From a virus, in IMG/VR virus record IMGVR_UViG_3300042894_003945, positions 1 to 64,000 of that record: a stretch of DNA of 64,000 bases; one strand, 5' to 3'. Positions 19,476 to 29,244 of the stretch are shown here, piece after piece. How positions within the stretch are numbered: position 1 is the first letter of the stretch; the number at the start of each line of letters is the position of its first letter. The notes beneath the pieces are model-generated. The model did not search any database. It was not told where the DNA came from and was given only the letters and a program-made list of their open reading frames with translations. The translations under genes and the position numbers were made by a program.

Positions 19476-20828
19476 TTAATTTCTAGTAAACTTTTTCTTA
19501 AGCATTGATATATCATCTGAACTAAAATCCCCCTTTCCTCCATCTTCTTGATTCTCAGAGTCTTCGTCATAAAGGTCTTCTGATATATCTATAAATCCTT
19601 TGTTTAGGTCTATTTTGGCAGAGTAGGTCATACCGTCTGGTCCTAATCTAGACTTCATTATATGGAATCTTCCAGTCCCATTTATCTTATCTTTCCTTTT
19701 TCTGGAAAGGGATACGCTAAAGTCTGCTATCATCATTTTTTGAAAGCTGCCTGCCACCTTGTCTCCTTCTATAATCTCATCCTTAGCTCCCATCCTATTG
19801 ATCTGGGAAGGGCATACAAAAGGTATCTTTAAATCCTTAGCCATACCTTTTAGGTCTGTATAGATGTCATCTAACTCCTCTTTGGCTTCTTTACGGGTTC
19901 TTCTAGGCTTTAAAAGATCTGGGTAGTCTATTATTATCAGATCTGGAATGAAGTCGTTATTGGCCTCTAATTGCTTTAGGTGGGATTCTATAGTGCCTAG
20001 AGAAGCCCTTCCTGGGGAATACTCCTTGATCACTATCTTTCCCTTAAGACTTTTAACTGCCGCTTCTACTTCTTTCCTGTGGTGCTTCAGCATCTTAACT
20101 TCTATCCCAGTTAAAATAGAGTCTATCTTCTTTCCCACATATCTCTCATCTAGCTCCAAAGTATAGTACACCACATTGTACCCTGTTTTCAAGCAGTGGG
20201 TAGCAATGTTACAAACCACAGTAGATTTTCCTATTCCGGGAGGCGCAAAGAGAAGCATTAGGTTACTACCGCCTACTCCTCCATCCGTAATGTCATTAAA
20301 CACTTTCCAAGGGAATGGTATCTTTTTATCCTCCTCTTCCCTAAACCGACTCTCCACATCCTTGTCGTATTCGTGTCCTATGTTTTTTTCATTACCTGCT
20401 TTCAATGCTTCATCGATCATCTTTCTAATTCCTTCAAACTCTCCTGTTTTAAGAAGATCTACTGAGGATAGTAAAGCGTCTCTAAGCTTTTGATTTTTAC
20501 AGAAGTTGAAAAACTCTTCCTTTACATAATCTACATCATCTTGAGTAGCAGTGTAAGCTTGTTTAAGTTCTTCTTTAATTGATACTTGCAGTACTTCATT
20601 CTCTTCTTTCTTTAGTTCTATTTTAAGAACCTCCATAGTAGGGTAGGTATGATACTTAGAATAATAATCTAGTATTATTCCTATGATCCACTTATGTGCA
20701 GGAGACTCAAAATAATCAGCTGTAATTACATCTGCTATGTTTTGAAGGAACGCCTTATCATTTAATAAGGAGTACAAAACTTTTATTTGAAATTGATGTC
20801 CGTACTGATTTAGTTTGTTTGCTGTCAT
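19476..20828 (-). CDS. Replicative DNA helicase (DnaB/T4 gp41-like)
   Basis: Walker A APPGIGKS, YYTLEL, IIIDYPD, SQINR, KSRLG. Confidence 0.92.
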   Translation of the reverse strand: MTANKLNQYGHQFQIKVLYSLLNDKAFLQNIADVITADYFESPAHKWIIGIILDYYSKYHTYPTMEVLKIELKKEENEVLQVSIKEELKQAYTATQDDVDYVKEEFFNFCKNQKLRDALLSSVDLLKTGEFEGIRKMIDEALKAGNEKNIGHEYDKDVESRFREEEDKKIPFPWKVFNDITDGGVGGSNLMLLFAPPGIGKSTVVCNIATHCLKTGYNVVYYTLELDERYVGKKIDSILTGIEVKMLKHHRKEVEAAVKSLKGKIVIKEYSPGRASLGTIESHLKQLEANNDFIPDLIIIDYPDLLKPRRTRKEAKEELDDIYTDLKGMAKDLKIPFVCPSQINRMGAKDEIIEGDKVAGSFQKMMIADFSVSLSRKRKDKINGTGRFHIMKSRLGPDGMTYSAKIDLNKGFIDISEDLYDEDSENQEDGGKGDFSSDDISMLKKKFTRN

Positions 20829-20834
20829 AACTTA

Positions 20835-21872
20835 TTAATAGTTGTTTAACGATGAAAATATACTAACCCAAGATTCCACATTTGGAATCGCTCCTCCCAT
20901 TCTATCGTGATGATACAACTTTATAAAATCAAATTTTTTAAGAAGAGGTGTTTTATTATGGTATTGATTTGTAATCTCCTCCTTTAAAATATCGGATATA
21001 TTCGGATTCTTTATATCCATTATTTTATAAAACACTTCAAGTTGTTTTTTAACATTCAGAACTCTCTGATATACAACTGAATTCTTAGGAGGACTTTCAC
21101 AAATTTGATAAACATCTTCTAAAGTTTTAGGGTCTTCTTTAGACATGAACTCAAAAAGCTTTATAACATTTTTCTCACCAGCCCCATGCACTCCAGGTAT
21201 GTTGTCAGAAGTATCTCCTACTAATGTTTTGTAGATTGTAAAATTATTAGGATGAACTCCAAAATGTTCTACAACACTATTTACATCATATATCTTTTTT
21301 TTAGTAGGACTATACACACTAACACGATCATTTACAAGTTGCATAAAGTCATTGTCAGATGACATTATAAAAACTTTAGAATCATCATACTCATCGTGTA
21401 TTTTTACAGATAAGTTTCCAATCACATCATCAGCTTCTAACTTATCAAAAGACATTAAAGTTATAGGCAGACATTCCAAATAAGGAATTAGCCTAGATAT
21501 TTGATTGTATTTTGAATCGTCTTCATCTGACTTGTTATTAAACGACTTGTAGTTCATTATCCTACCTGTATCTCTATTCGATTTATATTCGTTATATAGA
21601 TATTTCCTGTTTACCGACCCGCCTTCACCGTCAAAGACGATTACTATGCGAGTCGGATTTAACAGTTTAGTGGCATGTCCAAGAGACTTTAAAAAACCAA
21701 CTAATCCTCCAATATCATTTCCCAACATGTTCACTCTATCAACAACAGCAAAGCTCCTAAGAAATGTGTTCATTCCATCTACTATAAGAACTCTGCTGTT
21801 GTGGTGGAGGTTTTTTGGTTTCTCATCTTTATTAATTCTAGAAAATATGTCTAAAAGTCTTTCCTTATTCAT
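20835..21872 (-). CDS. 5'-3' exonuclease / T4 RNase H-like flap nuclease
   Basis: LIVDGMN, VFDG, YKSNR, EADDVI, SSDNDF.QL, GDTSDNIPGV. Confidence 0.93.
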   Translation of the reverse strand: MNKERLLDIFSRINKDEKPKNLHHNSRVLIVDGMNTFLRSFAVVDRVNMLGNDIGGLVGFLKSLGHATKLLNPTRIVIVFDGEGGSVNRKYLYNEYKSNRDTGRIMNYKSFNNKSDEDDSKYNQISRLIPYLECLPITLMSFDKLEADDVIGNLSVKIHDEYDDSKVFIMSSDNDFMQLVNDRVSVYSPTKKKIYDVNSVVEHFGVHPNNFTIYKTLVGDTSDNIPGVHGAGEKNVIKLFEFMSKEDPKTLEDVYQICESPPKNSVVYQRVLNVKKQLEVFYKIMDIKNPNISDILKEEITNQYHNKTPLLKKFDFIKLYHHDRMGGAIPNVESWVSIFSSLNNY

Positions 21873-22938
21873 CTCCGGAATTATTATCGACTACACTTCC
21901 ATTGTCTTCTTCTTCGATTACATCGTAGTCGTCACTTCCAAGAATCTTCAACCACTCTGCTGAATGTGCTTTCTTGTATGCGTCAATATACTTCTTGTCA
22001 TCAATGATGAAGCCGTGTGGAGTAGCGATAATCTTTCCAGTAGTAGTAACCCCTGTAATGTGGTTTTTGTCTACAGATATCTTAGTCCTTTTAGCAAACT
22101 CAACATCTTTACCGTTCTTAGTAGCTTTAATCTTGTTTGTACCTGCTCCGGTAGCATTACCGAATGTTACTACAAGCGTAGAGTCTAGGAACATTGTGTT
22201 TCCTCCTTTGTTTTTCAACTTAGGGAGTTCTCCATAAACAGAAGGCTTTTCTACCCACACCTTATTTACAATGATAAGGGTGTTGGTATACTGTGAGCTT
22301 TCTTTCCTAGATCTTACAATCCTTTGGTTTACAAAGTTGCCAAACTGAACAGACATTGCTCCTGCGTTCCATTCGTTGTTGTTCTTATTAGATTCAACAG
22401 ACATTTTACATGGAATAGATCCTACAGAGTCCCAAAGGAATACAATATCCATTGGAAGGTTTCCTTTCTCTTGTTCATCTAAAAGATCCATGATGAATCC
22501 GGCAACATCTTCAATAGTTGATAGATGATCTCTATCGACATAAATAAAGTTACCTCCGTAAGAAATTTCACCAGTTTCTTTATTTACTGTTTCATTTACT
22601 TCGAATCCCATGATCTTAGCATGATGCCAATCCCATTTCATCTCAGTTATAATAAACACTGGAAGCTTGCCCATTCTCTGGACATTCATAGCTGCTTCAA
22701 TCATTGCCGTAGTCTTTCCTGTATCGCTATGGCCTCTAAATGTAATTACGTGACCATGTGGAATTCCTGGTAAACTAATTGCTTCTTGAAATGCTTCTGA
22801 AAGTGGGATCCACTCTTGTTTTTTAAACCCTACGTTTTCAGTTAGGTTCTTTGATTTCTTAAAGTTCTCTAAACTAAAGGACGAGTTTTTCTGAAGGGCA
22901 CTTGCTACAGCACCCTTAATGTTCTTATTTTCTGCCAT
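21865..22938 (-). CDS. RecA/UvsX-like recombinase
   Basis: Walker A GHSDTGKT, FLWDSVG, IIVNK, KGG, KNH motifs. Confidence 0.88.
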   Translation of the reverse strand: MAENKNIKGAVASALQKNSSFSLENFKKSKNLTENVGFKKQEWIPLSEAFQEAISLPGIPHGHVITFRGHSDTGKTTAMIEAAMNVQRMGKLPVFIITEMKWDWHHAKIMGFEVNETVNKETGEISYGGNFIYVDRDHLSTIEDVAGFIMDLLDEQEKGNLPMDIVFLWDSVGSIPCKMSVESNKNNNEWNAGAMSVQFGNFVNQRIVRSRKESSQYTNTLIIVNKVWVEKPSVYGELPKLKNKGGNTMFLDSTLVVTFGNATGAGTNKIKATKNGKDVEFAKRTKISVDKNHITGVTTTGKIIATPHGFIIDDKKYIDAYKKAHSAEWLKILGSDDYDVIEEEDNGSVVDNNSGDE

Positions 22939-22948
22939 ATGTTACAAT

Positions 22949-23791
22949 TTAATTTTCTTCTCCGAACAAATCATCAAACTTAGAAGCAACGCTGCTCTTA
23001 TTTTCTGTATAATCAGAAGCAGGTTTGTATGGTCCATCAAAAGGAGGTTCCTCGGTAACAGACTCTTCTACGGCAGGGGTTGATACTTCAGTGGGTTCTT
23101 CTTGAGGGTTGATATAATCATGAAGCATCTTTTTGATTTCATCATAACTATACTTTTTATAAATCTCAGTAATTTCTTTCTGTGATTCTAGTACTTTCTT
23201 AACTAGGTCTGCATCTTCAGAAATAGGAGAGATATTTCTTTTTGGGGTTACGTTTACAGCAATATAGTTTACATCTCTCTTACCAATTTTAATTACATCA
23301 TTGTAACCTTCAACAGTAAGATCGGTACCGCTAGTAACATCAGCAATATCTCCAAAGTCATCATCAGCCATAATGCTGAGAAGCTTTTCGTATGTGGTCT
23401 TGTTGAACTCCCACAATCTTGCTCCCAAACCTTCTTCTCCTCTTACTAGCACTTGTGCAAAGTATTTAGTTCTTGGTTTTAGTTTTCTAGCAAGTTCTTT
23501 GCTGCTTTCTGTGTTCTCATCGTAAAGTTCTCTAACTAGTTGAACTACGGGGTCTTTCTCTCCGAAGTTCTCTAAAGAGAATACATTCTTTTTAAAAATG
23601 TTGTACTGATGAAAAGTTACTTCTGAAAATGGAAAGTCTTTATTTGTCTTTCTAGGGAGAATCCTGACAACTTGCTTTCCTAACTTTGGTTTCCAGAAAA
23701 TTGTGGTGTAATCAATTTTTTCAAAACCACCACCTGAATTTTTTGACTGAAGCTTACTAAGCCTCTCTTTGATGAGATCAATCTTGGACAT
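22949..23791 (-). CDS. Single-stranded DNA-binding protein (gp32-like)
   Basis: FWKP..GKQVVRILP, DPV, D.GDI.D...G.D, acidic FDDLF C-terminus; next to recombinase. Confidence 0.8.
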   Translation of the reverse strand: MSKIDLIKERLSKLQSKNSGGGFEKIDYTTIFWKPKLGKQVVRILPRKTNKDFPFSEVTFHQYNIFKKNVFSLENFGEKDPVVQLVRELYDENTESSKELARKLKPRTKYFAQVLVRGEEGLGARLWEFNKTTYEKLLSIMADDDFGDIADVTSGTDLTVEGYNDVIKIGKRDVNYIAVNVTPKRNISPISEDADLVKKVLESQKEITEIYKKYSYDEIKKMLHDYINPQEEPTEVSTPAVEESVTEEPPFDGPYKPASDYTENKSSVASKFDDLFGEEN

Positions 23792-23814
23792 AACTTGATT
23801 TTTTAAGTGAAAAA

Positions 23815-23845
23815 CAAAAATAGTGAATATTCGGATAATTCCAAA
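23815..23845 (-). promoter_or_regulatory. Bacteroidota sigma-A-type promoter (TTTG-N19-TATTTTTG) for the SSB/recombination operon
   Basis: -33 at 23842-23845 and -7 at 23815-23822. Confidence 0.65.
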
Positions 23846-23853
23846 TTTATTTT

Positions 23854-24294
23854 CTAGGACTTCTTTTCCACATTTATGATATCGTGGATTTTAGTCTTAA
23901 GCTGTACGAAGCTATTGTTCTGGGTTAACAGGATACTATTTTCATAGTCTTTCCAGTTAACTTTGAAGTTGTTATCCCTTACGCCGTTGTTTAAAGACTC
24001 TACAAGCTTATTGAGGGAGTTTATAGTGTATAATACGTTACACTCCTTACGGCGGTGCATCAATATCGTATTAGGAAGGATATTGTTCTTATTTATATTG
24101 TCGCTGTCAATGTTATAAGTACAAACATACTCGTTCTCATTATCTGTCTCTAATACAAATATTTTAGAGTAAATGACTTCATACCTACTTTTTATGTCGG
24201 TTATAGTCATTTGAAGGTCCTCCTTCTTTGTAAAAGTACAGAATAGCTTATTCAAGTAGTCGTATGTTAAATCAAAAAACGTATTATTTTTCAT
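23854..24294 (-). CDS. Phage hypothetical protein
   Basis: NKLFCTF, TYNI, HRRKE.N.LYTIN.LN pattern; plausible composition. Confidence 0.7.
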   Translation of the reverse strand: MKNNTFFDLTYDYLNKLFCTFTKKEDLQMTITDIKSRYEVIYSKIFVLETDNENEYVCTYNIDSDNINKNNILPNTILMHRRKECNVLYTINSLNKLVESLNNGVRDNNFKVNWKDYENSILLTQNNSFVQLKTKIHDIINVEKKS

Positions 24295-24322
24295 ATATAA
24301 ATAGTAAAAATAAGTTCAAAAA

Positions 24323-25660
24323 TTAGATATTTTTCATTTCTTGGTAGTTATATCCGAACTTACAGGAGGTTTTGTACCCGTCTTGTTCTAGAATGTCCCT
24401 GATCTCTCCTATGGTCTTCTTGCCGTCTTTTTTACTATAATCAAAAAGGAAAGAGTCATAGTTATATAACACCAATTTAGTTACTTTATTTTCTAAATAT
24501 TTTAGTAAATCGTTTATAATTAAAATATTCCTTTCTGTTTCGTAGTTCTGCAAAACATAGGGTAATATCTGTGTCTTCGAAGTTATACCTTTTATTGGAG
24601 ATTTCGATAAAAAACTTTCTATAAATCCTTGTTTTTTATAAGTTTGCCACAAAAACTTCTTAAATTCTTTAACCTTTGCGAAAAAAGGGATATCTTCTAG
24701 CTCCTCTGATATGGAGTCTGTATATAGAAGTTTAAAAGTTAGGCCCTTGCTTTCCGCATATTGTTCAGCAGTTACCGTCTCAGTACCGTAGTAAAACTTT
24801 GCTAAGTGGGTATGTATATCTTCCTCCTCAAACTTATATCCGATATGATACGCTAATATACGAATGTGATACGAAGAGTAATCAAACTCTACAAGAACGT
24901 CTTTAGATGGAACAAAAGAAGATCTACTGCCATCTTCCTTGTTCATAGCACTAAAATTGATGCCGTTAAACGCATTTGAAGGCCTGCCAGTACTGGTAAA
25001 TAAGTTGTATTGAGTGTATATTTTGTCTGATTTAATCGACATTAAAGGGTTTTTTGGGGTATAATGACTGATAAATCGGTCATTATTTATGTTTATACCC
25101 TCTGCTTCTATATTACTAAAAATCGTAGGAGCTAAGCATCCATACAGTTTATAGTACTTAGCTTTAAACCAAGATGCTTCAAACTTTATACTGGCTACTA
25201 ATCTTTCATATTTTTCAAAATGTTTGCAGATAGGTATAATTTTATTAATATCAGGTCTGCCTTCGTACTTCTGATAGAAAAATCTATGGGCTACTGTGTT
25301 ATAGTCTGTCTCTTCTATGTAATCTCCTGTTTGTAAATACTTGGCTGTTTTTACACAATATAAATCGCACTCTCTCTTTAAATAATGCCTAAGTCTTTTT
25401 CCATCTATTGCGTATATATTTCCTACTTTGCCTTGTATAAAATCAAATACTTGGTTTTTATCTAGGCTAAAAGCTTCTGTGTGGTCTATAGAAAGTATAA
25501 ATCCCATTCTAGATCTGAATGGTTTAATGTATACTAGGGACGGCTCTGATATTTTGGGGTGGTAGTTATCGTTTGTAGATATTACGTCTACAAAACAATT
25601 TGTAAAATCGTACTGTGAAAACTTTTGAAACTGTTCTTCCGTTTCTATAATGTAATACAC
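24323..25660 (-). CDS. Degenerate family A polymerase-like protein (second PolA paralogue)
   Basis: TSTGRPS, EFDYSSYHIRILA (A), DIH, SKGLTFKLLY (B), LQ..E, YNYDSFLFD (C); GTG start. Confidence 0.82.
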   Translation of the reverse strand: MYYIIETEEQFQKFSQYDFTNCFVDVISTNDNYHPKISEPSLVYIKPFRSRMGFILSIDHTEAFSLDKNQVFDFIQGKVGNIYAIDGKRLRHYLKRECDLYCVKTAKYLQTGDYIEETDYNTVAHRFFYQKYEGRPDINKIIPICKHFEKYERLVASIKFEASWFKAKYYKLYGCLAPTIFSNIEAEGININNDRFISHYTPKNPLMSIKSDKIYTQYNLFTSTGRPSNAFNGINFSAMNKEDGSRSSFVPSKDVLVEFDYSSYHIRILAYHIGYKFEEEDIHTHLAKFYYGTETVTAEQYAESKGLTFKLLYTDSISEELEDIPFFAKVKEFKKFLWQTYKKQGFIESFLSKSPIKGITSKTQILPYVLQNYETERNILIINDLLKYLENKVTKLVLYNYDSFLFDYSKKDGKKTIGEIRDILEQDGYKTSCKFGYNYQEMKNI

Positions 25661-25675
25661 GACATAACCTTTTTA

Positions 25676-25707
25676 CAAATATAGACTACTTTGCGTACTG
25701 TGCCAAA
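25676..25707 (-). promoter_or_regulatory. Bacteroidota sigma-A-type promoter (TTTG-N20-TATATTTG)
   Basis: -33 at 25704-25707 and -7 at 25676-25683, at the boundary between structural and replication modules. Confidence 0.65.
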
Positions 25708-26201
25708 TTTGTAAAATATTTTTTTACTTCTTTTATTGTTTTTTCAACTTCATCTAAAGTCTTTTGATTCTCATTGGCAATCCCAGGAATTCCTTCAGGA
25801 GTTGTATATAAAGGGCCTGTTAATTTCCAGACAAATGATTTTGTATTATAAAGAGGATCTTTAGAAGCTCTGTTAAATTCGGATTCAGATACTTCTAATA
25901 TATTATCCAAACCTCCGTTCACTCTTTTTATAACGTATCTAGTAAAAAACCCTTTTTCATAGTCAGTATCTGTAGGTTCAGAATAGTAAAAATTATAGGA
26001 GTCTTTTTTGCTAGAAGTATTGTTTGTTTGTAATGAGTATATTAATTCTTGTGTATCAGATTGATACTCTTTACCAGAAAAAAATTTACCGTCATTAGTA
26101 GAATAATAAAATCCTTTATAAAATTTTAAAGTTCTTCTTATTAAGAACTCCCCTCCAGATGTGTAATCTACTTTTAATATTTCTGACTTTGGATAGTACA
26201 T
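25686..26201 (-). CDS. Phage protein, probably baseplate-associated
   Basis: YTSGGEF..Y.G.Y, PT..DY..GF..RY, WKLTGP; last gene of the tail operon. Confidence 0.6.
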   Translation of the reverse strand: MYYPKSEILKVDYTSGGEFLIRRTLKFYKGFYYSTNDGKFFSGKEYQSDTQELIYSLQTNNTSSKKDSYNFYYSEPTDTDYEKGFFTRYVIKRVNGGLDNILEVSESEFNRASKDPLYNTKSFVWKLTGPLYTTPEGIPGIANENQKTLDEVEKTIKEVKKYFTNLAQYAK

Positions 26202-26206
26202 GTAGT

Positions 26207-29200
26207 TTATTGCTTATCTGTAAAATATGGATAGCCTGTTGCTAAAGGTGTAGATAGTATGTATCTACCAGTGATATTGTCTATTGCGTTCTCAATATTT
26301 ATTAAATTAAAAGTAGTAGATGCTATAGCTCCAAGGTATACCCCAGTAAACGTAGCATTTAACATAGCTTGACCAGTAACAGTACCGGCTGATAAAGGGT
26401 TTTTTGCAATTAAAGCCAGATAATCTAAAACTTTATATCCTGTATCAAAAACTCTAGTATAATCAGGAGGAGTAGCATGTTGCTCATAACCAGATCTTAC
26501 TTTAGTCATTTCAGATTGAAATATATTCTTTATGTCTGAATCTTTCATGTCTATATAATATGACATGTTTACTATTATATTCTCTAATATACCATTTTTA
26601 GAAATATCAGTAACTCTAGATTGTGTGGTGGTAGTTGTTTGATTAACAGCTGCTTGCCCCTCTCTAGTAGTCCCTGTAACTCTATTTATTCTAGTTTCTG
26701 TAATTTTTGGATACAGCCTTTTATACGTGCTTCGAAACTCAGTCAACAGATCTCCATATGTTATCTCAGACCCTCCACTCTCTTGAACCGCCGCTCTAGA
26801 ATATAATGCTCTAGGTCTCCCAGATTTATCTTTTTTAAAATCTAGCTCCCCCTCCACATCTTTTATAAAAATATTTTCTCTTAGAACATCCATATATAGA
26901 GCTGCCAGTATTTTATAGTATCTGATAGATCTTAAGGTGTCTCCTATATTTTTTCTTGATTGTTCTAGTAAGTCTCTTAAAAATTGGGAAGACCTTTCTA
27001 AAGATCTCAATTGTTTCTCTTGTTGATCTAATATACAAATCTGAGATCCTAAAGTTGTTTTCCAACCGTTAGTTAATATTTCATTATTTATTTTAGTAAC
27101 AATAAATCCTATAGATTTTTGTTTATAATCTTTAGGAAGTACATTTTTATCTACGGTAAAGATCTCACCTATAGTTAAACCAGAAATGCCATCTAAAGTT
27201 AGCTCTACTGATATGGGTATCACGGCTTTGTAATCAGTTGCGCAATCTAATTCAACTAACAAAGAATTTAGATATGCGTTCATTGTAGCTAAATTACCAT
27301 TATTAAAAACAGATATGTTACTATTATCAAGTACGTAATCTCTAACAAATCTAATTAATACTAGTATTTGGTTTAGTAAACTTCTTTTTGATTCTTCTTC
27401 AGATACTAAAAGATCAGTGGCTAAATTTGTTGTCTCTTTAAAAAGTCTATCCACTAGGCCTTCATTCAAATAATTGTAAGTGGAAGTCTGTAAAGATGCC
27501 ACATTCTGCCTACTTTGAGCAGCTACTGCTATCATAGTAGCTTGTGAAGGGAATATTTTAGAATTTATTTTGTGAGACCTTACTATACTGCTATTTCCTA
27601 AAATATTTACTTTAAATTTAGAAGACACACTAGATTCCGAAGGCAGCTCTGTATAATGTTTATCAATTATGCAAATCTTATTATCTGTAACAAACTTATC
27701 AAAATCATTTATAGAGCCTAAAGAAAAAGATATTTCCGATAACAATTTGGATATGTAAGTGCCAACATAGACATATCCTTGACCAGATATTGCTAATTCT
27801 TTGTATAAGGAAATTATTTTACCTATGTTAATATATAAATTTCCTATTATTCCCAAATTAGTATCAGAGTATAGATACTCTTTAAACTGGGCGCCTATTT
27901 CGCTAATCGGATCTTCTATATTATAAACGGATGGGATAAAACCAACATTATCATTTTTGTCTTTGAATATAGTAGCTTTACTGTTTCGTATAAGTACTGT
28001 ATTTGGGTTTATAGATATAGAATTAAAAGATGCTTGACATAGTCCATTAGAAAAGCTCCCAGCTCTTAAAGGACCTGATGGTATTTCTATGTTTATTAGT
28101 TTTTGACTCTTTTCCGAAAAAAGATTTTTAAAACTGTTTAATATTTGCACTAAATATGCAAATTGAATATAATAGTTGTATCTGTCATCTAAAGGAGGCT
28201 CATCTGATACCGGTATAGGGTTTAGTACAGCGCTGAGTTTTTTTGTTGTGTATATATTTCTATCTACATAAGGCTCGTCTTCTGGCTTAATATCAGCATC
28301 TATAAAAGATATAAAACTGTTCTTTTTTAAGTTTCTATTATTAGTATTGCTAAGCTTGCAATATCCATCAAATAATAATTCAAACTGGCTTTTTATTTCA
28401 GAATTTTCATTTGTATTTTGATCTTCTCCACTTACTGTCCCAGATATAGTGTCGTTCATTCTTATGGTATCAATAACATCTCCTATACTCATCAAAACAG
28501 TGGTACATTCGTAAGACCCGTTAGGCATTAATTCGTACTCAAAATTTCTTATAGATCCTAAAACCCCGTCATAATTTCCAGAATACTTATGTCTAAGTTT
28601 TTGTAAACTATCATATATACCTTCTTGTGTTATACTCTCGTTAAAACAATCTATGGTATTAAAAGGTGTATTTTTAATAGAAGAGGCACTATAATCTGTA
28701 GTCAGTATTTTAGAATTTGTTTTACTATCATGAGAGTCTCCATTATCACTAGTGTCTAAGTACATTGACCATCCCCACTCCAAAAGAACTTTGTATCCCG
28801 GCCTTAAAAAAAGAATACTGAGTTCTTCAAGCTGCGTTACATCCCATGCATAAAATTTTACAGTAGCCTCTGTCAAGGATCCATAAGCTCCTAAACTTCT
28901 AGTAGTCATGCTAGTTATACCAGGCATAGGCCTTATACCATATTGAGTACTGCTTATATCTCCTCCATACGAAGCCCCTCTTCCTCCTATACCGGACCTT
29001 AACTTTGCTGTATTTGATTCGGTATTAAAATCGTAAAGAGTTCCTCCTTGCAATATATACTTCTTTGCTAAATTAGAACTTTCTTGATAATTTACAAAAG
29101 AAGTCATTCTTATCCATGGAGTTTTGGAAGATACGTATTTTGCAAGCTCTACAGTCCTTTCTACTTTACTTAGAAGATTTTGTCTAGCTTTTATCTGCCT

Positions 29201-29239
29201 TACTACAAATGGTTTAAAAGTACTTTTAAATATTGACAT
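26207..29239 (-). CDS. Large baseplate hub/tail-associated protein
   Basis: RPMPGI, LRPGY.VLLEWGW, LTLDGISGL.IG..F motifs; follows the LysM/wedge gene. Confidence 0.65.
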   Translation of the reverse strand: MSIFKSTFKPFVVRQIKARQNLLSKVERTVELAKYVSSKTPWIRMTSFVNYQESSNLAKKYILQGGTLYDFNTESNTAKLRSGIGGRGASYGGDISSTQYGIRPMPGITSMTTRSLGAYGSLTEATVKFYAWDVTQLEELSILFLRPGYKVLLEWGWSMYLDTSDNGDSHDSKTNSKILTTDYSASSIKNTPFNTIDCFNESITQEGIYDSLQKLRHKYSGNYDGVLGSIRNFEYELMPNGSYECTTVLMSIGDVIDTIRMNDTISGTVSGEDQNTNENSEIKSQFELLFDGYCKLSNTNNRNLKKNSFISFIDADIKPEDEPYVDRNIYTTKKLSAVLNPIPVSDEPPLDDRYNYYIQFAYLVQILNSFKNLFSEKSQKLINIEIPSGPLRAGSFSNGLCQASFNSISINPNTVLIRNSKATIFKDKNDNVGFIPSVYNIEDPISEIGAQFKEYLYSDTNLGIIGNLYINIGKIISLYKELAISGQGYVYVGTYISKLLSEISFSLGSINDFDKFVTDNKICIIDKHYTELPSESSVSSKFKVNILGNSSIVRSHKINSKIFPSQATMIAVAAQSRQNVASLQTSTYNYLNEGLVDRLFKETTNLATDLLVSEEESKRSLLNQILVLIRFVRDYVLDNSNISVFNNGNLATMNAYLNSLLVELDCATDYKAVIPISVELTLDGISGLTIGEIFTVDKNVLPKDYKQKSIGFIVTKINNEILTNGWKTTLGSQICILDQQEKQLRSLERSSQFLRDLLEQSRKNIGDTLRSIRYYKILAALYMDVLRENIFIKDVEGELDFKKDKSGRPRALYSRAAVQESGGSEITYGDLLTEFRSTYKRLYPKITETRINRVTGTTREGQAAVNQTTTTTQSRVTDISKNGILENIIVNMSYYIDMKDSDIKNIFQSEMTKVRSGYEQHATPPDYTRVFDTGYKVLDYLALIAKNPLSAGTVTGQAMLNATFTGVYLGAIASTTFNLINIENAIDNITGRYILSTPLATGYPYFTDKQ

Positions 29240-29244
29240 ATAGT

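Noticed and set aside
14092-20828. Introns or inteins in PolA, RNR or helicase
   Set aside because: The ORFs are uninterrupted and of normal length, with no intein terminal or homing-endonuclease motifs noticed.
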